DNA from: Chrysomallon squamiferum
Lineage: Eukaryota; Animalia; Mollusca
DNA: 64,000 bases
Reading direction: 5' to 3'
Assembly: GCA_012295275.1 (NCBI GenBank)
Contig: CM022673.1
Span: 20,832,001-20,896,000, forward strand
Shown: one piece after another, positions 56,054 through 64,000 of the stretch
How positions within the stretch are numbered: position 1 is the first letter of the stretch
Layout: every line of letters starts with the position of its first letter
Translations under genes and position numbers: made by a program
Notes under the pieces: model-generated
Told to the model about the DNA's origin: nothing
The model's input: the letters and a program-made list of their open reading frames with translations, nothing else
The model's database searches: none

Positions 56054-57200
56054 ACACACACACACATTAAATTAGATCCCAAGACTAAAATATGGAACCA
56101 CGAACAGGCAATGTATTTATCTGAAGTTAATAACCCACCTAACTGTTATGAAGTAAACTGGTGTCTCATAATGCTTAGATGAGAAAACATATCTGAAATA
56201 ATAAAAATTTAAAATAAACTGCAAACAGAGGGACAATTTCTAAATCATTGGTTAGACAGAAAACAAAAAGAAGATATTTGATGGTGTCAAAGAATTAATC
56301 CTCATCAGTATCTCTACTGGCTCATTTTCATTTTATCTCTGTGATTTACAGTTACCTGACTACATAAAATGTTCTTTATTGATTCTAAAATACAGGTACC
56401 AAACCATTTATCTGGCAAGTGTGAGTCCACGGGTAGACCAGATTTCTGGATACAAGCTAAATATGTACTTAAAATATAAAAGAAACAATGAATGATAAAC
56501 AAAGAAACTGTATAATGAATACTGTTAAAACAGGGTTTGTTTGATCTTCATTAATCTGTTAAAATTATTAAAATATCTATTTTAGAATACTATAATAAAT
56601 AGGATGAAAATTAAAAGAAAAAAAAAGAATAAAAATTTTTAAAAAATCAAAACAGTTAAATTTAATACTTTTTAACAGACTTAAATTTCTAACAGACTTA
56701 AATGCATAATATATCAGATGAAAATTAAATAAAGGAAACTAAAAAACACTGTGTTATAAAAATAGCTCGATACACCTGTACAGCTGTTCAAAAATGATTT
56801 ACTGTGAAAGACTTGCTTAAACTGGCACTGAAACCAGAACACTGCAACTGAGGGGTAATTTTGAATCCCAAATTTGAAAGTAGTCAGTTAAAAATAACTA
56901 AATAATTGATTCAGGATTTCTGGAAGGCAGATAAGTAGTTCAGTACCTGTAGCTGTCAATCACGTGGCCTTTGTTGATTTTCTCTATGACTATGGGTGGT
57001 ACTGAACAATATAAACTGAGAATATGATTTAACAAACATAGAGTACCTAAGTAGCTATTCTGACTGATCAATCAATAAGTAAACAGGTGGGCTGATAGAT
57101 AAACAGGGGCAAATCTAAAACAAGTGACTTACGTTAATACACATCCTACAGACACAAGCAAAACTTCCACATATAATATAACTTCAGCATGAAAAAACAT
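52776..57200 (-). CDS. DRAM/TMEM150 (Frag1/DRAM/Sfk1) family protein, divergent paralog A (exons 57200-57133, [uncertain: 57015-56947 and/or ~56467-56400], 55532-55465, 55177-55026, 54759-54579, 53690-53605, 52910-52776)
   Basis: SEAASYPPASCIFSF, FIRYRQL, GLHIVAAFQ, IHMVGAFMVF...YFFIQTVLSY, MEWTS...SFIGEF. Exon sizes 68/68/181/86 equal those of the neighbouring paralog. Confidence 0.85.
52921..53080. repeat. Near-perfect tandem duplication, 2 x 80 bp, next to the last acceptor of DRAM paralog A
   Basis: aataaaatacagcaaatataatacagtaacaatgacgtgttctagcacaaacacc(a/g)ctgaaacccttgcatgcatgtat is repeated. Confidence 0.95.
53691..54578 (-). other. U12-type GT-AG intron in DRAM paralog A
   Basis: 5' splice site GTATCCTTTT. 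3' end TTCTCTTTAACtctatctAG (U12-like branch point ~9 nt from the AG). Phase 1. Confidence 0.85.
53740..54318 (+). mobile_element. Tigger/pogo-family (Tc1/mariner superfamily) internally deleted DNA transposon
   Basis: TA target duplications (53738-39, 54319-20) and TIRs CAGTGGTACCTCGACT / AGTCAAGGAACCACTG. A remnant transposase N-terminus starts at 53829: MDPKKVSAKDSAEKKKLMMSTELKLDFIEKHE*GVRVVDLAKQ...STSMICTIL (CENP-B-type HTH, with an in-frame stop). Confidence 0.9.
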
Positions 57201-57419
57201 TCTTGCAAACAATTATACTGAAAAAATTTAAAAAAATAAATAATAAAAGTAAGGACAGAAAGAAAAAGAATAATTAAAAATATTATTCTATGGATATAAA
57301 ACATTAGACAGATTTAGACTAGTGATAAATTCAAAATTAGTTGAAAATGGATTTTTATTCTCCTGGAAATATGTGTCTATCTTAACATATACATAAAAAT
57401 GAAGGTTATTCATTAAAGC

Positions 57420-57474
<55 letters not shown>

Positions 57475-60203
57475 GTTATTATTATTATACCTTAACAGAA
57501 TTATGCATTTGTCTGTTTGATGTCTTTGAATATTTAGATTTGATAAAGTCATGCTTGAAGCGTTTTGTTGTAGTATTACAGTCCTGAATAAAATAAAAAA
57601 TGAAATTAAAATATTATAAAAAATAATAAAATAATAAAAATAATAACTACATAAATAGATAATAAAAATATTGAATGAATACACACACAAAACACACACT
57701 CAAGCACATACCCACAAGCGTTAAACTTATGTGTAATTATTCAATATAAGGATGCAGTATGTTTACATATGGTAATATATTAAACATAAATTAAAAATAA
57801 AGGAAAATACAACTTTTTAGCGGTACGAGGTTTTTAATAAAAAATAAACATGTTGAGAAAACATTAAATAAAGCCCTATTTACACACACACACTACTACT
57901 ACTAAAACATTAACATTATTAATTTTATTATAACTACCACTATTACTACTGTTATTATATATAAAAGAAAAATCGAGACTGTTACACCATTATTTGTAGA
58001 CGTATTTTGTACAATAGTGCAAACATTTCCTGATAGATATAATTTTAACCCACAAACAAAATGGGACTGTTCTGCCTATTCAGTCATATTTCCTACACAT
58101 ATTTGAAATATTTACATTTAATTTTAAAGTGAGAACGCTTATTTATTCATATTAGAATATGGAGATAAACCTGTTATGATTTTATTTTTGAGATAGATTA
58201 AAATTTTAAATCATTCTAACGGGTTGAGTTTTAAGTGTTATTTAGCAGTGTTAAATCGACATCAAAAATTAAAACAGAGTTGGTTCATCTCCTAATTCTG
58301 CACATTAATATTACCTGTACCGGTTTATGACTGTATTCAGAGTTACGGTTACTGAGATGTAAGGTGAATGTCACAATAATTTTTAAAGTTCAACTGACGT
58401 AGAATCAATCACATGGCCTTTTAGCATTATTTTATTATTAGTAACCGTAATCAGTGTCATTAAAAAACAGCCTAATTTGTTTGGTTGACTGACAGATTGA
58501 TTAATTGAATGATTGATTATTAATGCATTTAATTTCATATTTCAGTGTAAGTATATATTGTGTTTTCTTTGCCTTTGGCTATTTTTATGGTTTCTAAGCA
58601 TCATTAGTATTTTTGTCAGTTACTGTTTGTGTGTGCATGTGTGTTAAATGGAAATTTCAGTGATCAGTTTCAGACTACGTATTTCTAGCCCAACATTTTC
58701 TGTGATCTCATTACAACCAGCATATTTCTTGAAAGAAGTGCGGGTCGCGACAGCATTCGAACGAATTGATTGTAAAAAGAACGCACATGAAAATTCCTAA
58801 ATTCACAGCTGAAAGACGAACCCGAGGAAAGCGGACTGTGTATGCCGGAGTGTGCCAAGTTCCGCTGACCAGTGTCTTTTTATTTTTTTTAATTTTTTTT
58901 ATTTATTTTTTTTAATTTTTTTTATTTATTTATTTTTTTATTTGTGTCAGCAAACAAATACGAAACTAGTTTTAGCTGTGCTATCGTAAAGTGGAAAAGT
59001 GCTAGGTCGATGTCTGTATAATTATTAGAAACACATTTATTGTTACAATACTCATTATAAAAAAATAAATAAATAAAATAAAATAAAATAAATACATTAA
59101 ATAAAATATGTTATTTATTTGCAAACAGAAATGCAATCCATCAGTCATTTAACAGGCAAGCTTAAGTCATACTTTCATCATTTTATTAAAGTTATTTGCA
59201 AATACATATCACTCACATTTGAATGACCTGAGGTAAGAAATATTTTATTTATTAGCTCAAGATATTTAGAAGCATATACAAAAACAAATATAATTATATT
59301 CTTCTTGTTATTGCTATTAATTAACACACATTATAAAAATAAGTAACTATATTTAAATCAATATTTATTTTTTATTTGTTTTTTATTATTATTTATTTAC
59401 ATATTTGTGCAAAATATTAGTCCAACAACATGTCTTCAAACATAAAACAAAAATACAAACAAATTCGCATTACAAACAAGAATTAAATAAAAACAACATC
59501 CAAATAAAAAATAAAAATAAAAACACGTTCATTCTTTAAAATTAGTATTCACTTACACTTTTGTCATTTCTATAAAATGAAAGTTTATTCATAAACATCT
59601 GTGTTGATAAAAATAATACAAATTTTATGTTAATGTTATCAACTACAGTTATGATACATTTCAACCATTTGTTAAAACAGTAAAGAGCAGTACAAGAAAT
59701 TAATACATTTGTTTTGATCCATCACTCTTATTTTCGTTCTTTATTTTATATATATATATATATATATTTTATTTTATATTCAGCTAGTACACATGTTTAT
59801 GTAATATAGATACATCAGGTAAATATTATGTATTACGCGCAGGATTTATGAGACGTGAAACTTTGTCACCACACTAGACACGCACACACACACACGCGCA
59901 CAGAGAGAGAGAGAGATGTTAATCATGCTATTGCTCTAAATTAATTTTTTATTCTGAACGAAGGATACCGCACATAATGGAGAATATAATTTTTTTGAAA
60001 AAATAAAGTTTTTTCCATTTATGTATTCAAACTTGAACGTTAGTTTAATATTATGGCTACATTTACCCTTATCAAAACAGAAAATGCCTAAAATCATTCT
60101 TTTTATTTATTTATTTATTTTTTTTTTTTATTTATTTATTTATTTATTTTTATTTTATTTATTTATTTTTTTTTTTTTTTTGACTGAAAAAACTTTCCTT
60201 GGT

Positions 60204-61408
60204 CTACATAACTGTTGTAATTTGAAATCTCCCGCTTGTTACTCCACTGTTAATAAATTTGATCTGTGGCGATGTAAACCGGAAATGGCCGAATTCCCGC
60301 ACGAAAGTTAGGAAGTAAATAGACGTCAGCATAGCCGCTGACCACTCTAAAGACGCTGAGGCAACGTGCCAAGAGAATCCCTAGAAGCAAAAGATAATAA
60401 GTATAAGAAACAGAGCGGCACTTCTTTTTAACTATTCTATTTTTTGTTGTTGTTTTTCATCAAGTAACTATTTCTTTTTGCTAAATTTGCTTAAATGTAT
60501 AATCTACAGGAAATGATTATTGTTATCAAATTAATATGACCAGTTACATATGTCCACATACCAGCCGACTGAATAAGAATAACTTAAAGGTTTGATAATC
60601 GGATTTGTAAGTGAAAAGTACATTAAACAAAGTGTACAGTACCCCATCTTTGACACTCCAGTGAAAACGATGTTTGTGTCTGTCATGATCGTTCAGTTCT
60701 CTGGTTGCCATCAAGCCGCAAATGACAGCTGAAATATTTTATATATATATATTTTTTTTTTTCAAACAACAGTTTCGCTACTAGTCTAAAACATTTGTTC
60801 GATTTGCATTTCAAATAAATTTCAAACCCTTTATTCCATAATTAAATTTAGTGATGATAAAAACTAGTTCATTATTATCAGAATTTATAATAAATTAAAA
60901 TTTGTTATCATAATCACTGTCATTATCTCTTTATCAACAGAAATAAAATAATCATGGAATCTTATTTCGAATTTATAATGATATAAAATTAATAATAATA
61001 ATAATAATAATAATAGTAATGTTGCTAAAAAATCATAATAAATGATGATGATAATAACACATATATACATACACGCACAGAAATACACACAAACAAAAAT
61101 ATATTCGTACACATCCACATCCAGAAAAATATAAATCTATATATTTATATTAAATTTTAAGAATGTTGCTCAATCCACCATTCATGTTTTGTGGACATTT
61201 CATATCGCGTACCTGCAATACAACATCCAAGATGTAGGCAGTTCAAAACGACTCTGGCATGCAGAAGACAGCAACAATGTCCAGGTATGTCTTTTAATTT
61301 ATATGACAAAACAGTCTGAATCCAAAAATAGATATCACTGGCACTAAATGCCAAAACCGCACCACATAGATGAACTGTTATCAGATTGGTTTCCTGTTTA
61401 ATATATAT

Positions 61409-61490
<82 letters not shown>

Positions 61491-62866
61491 AATTTCATGC
61501 ATGTATATGCAAAACAGTATTCTATATGCTGTGAATGTCCAGTTATATCAGTATACCAGTACAGTAAATTGTTTTATTAAGTTGGTTATTGATGACGACA
61601 AATGTTTTATTCATTAGGTAAACCAACAATCAAATAAAAGATTTCTCTTGTTTTACCTGGAAATTAGCTACAATAAACAGTCCAAATGCTGCCATTAAGC
61701 CAAACACTAGAGCGACGTTGTTTCCTTTGCCCAGTGACCGTCTGTCTCCGTTATATAAATTTGCCTTTACTTGCAGATAACGAATGAATATTGCGAAAGC
61801 ACCTATTAATAGAAGATACCCAGTGTTTTATTATCACTATTACTACTACTACTATTGTTACCACTATTACTACTGTTACTATCACTACCACTACCATTAT
61901 TATTACACTACTATCACAACTACTACAATAACTACAACAACTACTACTTACATTACTACGACTACTGCTACTACTGCTTCTCTTACTGCTAATAATAACA
62001 ATGTAACATTTTAAACACGTATATACTTTATATTAACTTATGTATTTCGTATCATTTTTTAAAACAATTTTTTTTTTTTTTTTTTTTTTAAAGGTATGAA
62101 CTGTTAGATACTTACTCAGAAAGGCATACAGTCCAAACAACAGTCCGAACACGCAGCTTTCTGGAGGCAGAGTTCCAGTATCACTGGAGAGAAGGGTAAC
62201 AGAAATGTGTTATCTAATAATAATATAATTACTTATATTTTGATATGCTAGGCTATGTCTTTTTAATATAAGTGTATCATAATTTCATTACTAAATCATC
62301 ATTTACAAAAACAGTTTTAACGTCTTTATCATTATTACTGGTTTTTTTACTGTTATTATTTTTTTCTCTCTTTTATTGTTGCTATATTATTATGAGTATG
62401 ATTGTGATTATTATTAATATTATCACTACTACTACTAATCGAGAAATGTGAATATTGTCTTCATAACATTTATATAAATGTGTTTATTTAGACTTTGTGT
62501 TTACGTATATTGTTATCGGTCTGTTTATTATTAATAATTTCATCTTTATTGTAATGGAAAAAGGTTGTTTTGTGTTTTACCTAATGTAGGGAAATTCTGG
62601 ATCCATGTGACCAAGCAATATTGCAATAATATAACTGAAAAACAAAAATAACAACCTATAACAAGATGCACTATGTTCATTAGAGAGCAAGAAAAAAGAA
62701 ACTACTGATGCCCTATGTCAAAAATAATTCCTACTGACAGTGACAGTAGAAGTAGCAGATGTTGTTTTTGTAGCTCTAATTAACAACACCAACAACACCA
62801 ATAATAATAATAAGAAAAACATGAACAACAGCAGTAATAAAAGGAGCCATAGCAGCAACAACAGCG

Positions 62867-62915
<49 letters not shown>

Positions 62916-63042
62916 GTTTTAAATATTGTTTTACGTACGTTTAAATCATAATATTAACTAACGTGAATACTTACGTAACAAAGCAGGCTAAAGGTAGGAC
63001 AATAGCCAATAACATTGGAATAATGTCGCCTCGACATGACAT
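60204..63042 (-). CDS. DRAM/TMEM150 family protein, DRAM2-like paralog B (exons 63042-62975, 62634-62581, 62183-62116, 61802-61657, 61393-61213, 60728-60643, 60380-60204)
   Basis: [87 protein letters not shown]: canonical DRAM motifs with consistent phases. Confidence 0.93.
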
Positions 63043-63211
63043 ATTTCTATTTATTTGTGTTTCTAGTAAACTGAAATGAGCAGAAAAAAGGAGAGATATT
63101 TTTTAATCGTGACATACTCTGTTTATGTTCAGACATGTCATGTGAGGCAAAAAAGAAAGGAAAGAAGAGTGCATAAAAAATAAAACACTTACCTGAGATC
63201 GATAGACAGAC

Positions 63212-63300
<89 letters not shown>

Positions 63301-64000
63301 AAAGAAAGTGGGAGATAATATATGAGAAGACACCAAAGACTTTGGCTAGAAACACCCAGATATGCAATAGACCATATGAATACGTAAGTTAGCATTTGTA
63401 CATAAATATATACCAGTGTATGTAATGTTTACAGTCAAAACTATATTACTGCCATTCTCTTACGTACTTACCGATAATCATATCAGCTATTTCGATTGAA
63501 AGCTTTCGATCTACATTTTATATGGCAATCTAGGTGTATCCACAACCGTTGTGTAGATTTAGAGTACCTGCTCTACAAATAAGATAAATGTACTGTTATC
63601 AGTCGAGGCGGTTTACTTTTTATTTGGACTTTGACTTTTGATTAAAAAGTTGTCAGTACAAACTGCGTAGTGTATTCACGAAAAAGAAGAAATGCGCAAA
63701 ACATTTTTTAATTTTATTTATTTGTTTTATTTTATTTTATTTTTTTATTTTTATTTTTTCATTATTATTATTATTTATTATTATTATTATATTATTTATT
63801 GCAGTCTTATTAGACCTAGGTTGAAAGTGAACAGAAATTAGTGAGTATCGGTGTTTAGAATCATGTCCTGATTTAATTACTCTGCAGCAAGATAAATAAA
63901 GTGATTCACATTAGTTCATTTATAATTTATTATATTTGACTTAAGAATGTTTTATTTTATTATTTATTTATTTATTTAAAATATCATCCATATTAATAGT

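Noticed and set aside
1-64000. CRISPR arrays, rRNA/tRNA genes, prokaryotic operons
   Set aside because: Eukaryotic intron-exon DNA; no repeat-spacer array or intact structural RNA was recognised.

Overview
AT-rich, microsatellite-laden, intron-containing eukaryotic DNA from an invertebrate animal. A mollusc or other lophotrochozoan is a reasonable guess but is inference only. The ORF track is mostly exon fragments plus simple-repeat artefacts. Genes were reconstructed by hand from splice sites: (1) the 3' end of a tetraspanin (+); (2) a complete MED18 (-; 6 coding exons, 214 aa) whose last intron is U12-type; (3) a giant non-classical cadherin (+; about 18.5-51.9 kb, about 52 coding exons, about 4,250 aa); (4) two tandem DRAM/TMEM150 (Frag1/DRAM/Sfk1) paralogs (-), in which the same intron is U12-type in one and U2-type in the other. 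The cadherin has a signal peptide, an N-terminal farnesoic-acid-O-methyltransferase-like (Methyltransf_FA) domain, about 37 EC repeats built from nine copies of a 5-exon/4-EC supermodule, one TM helix and a short tail. Other features are a dead partial copy of MED18 exon 1, an inverted telomere-hexamer-containing satellite (13.3-16.1 kb), a Tigger/pogo deletion derivative inside the U12 intron, and several local tandem duplications. The best candidate for an undescribed system is the FAMeT-capped modular giant cadherin.
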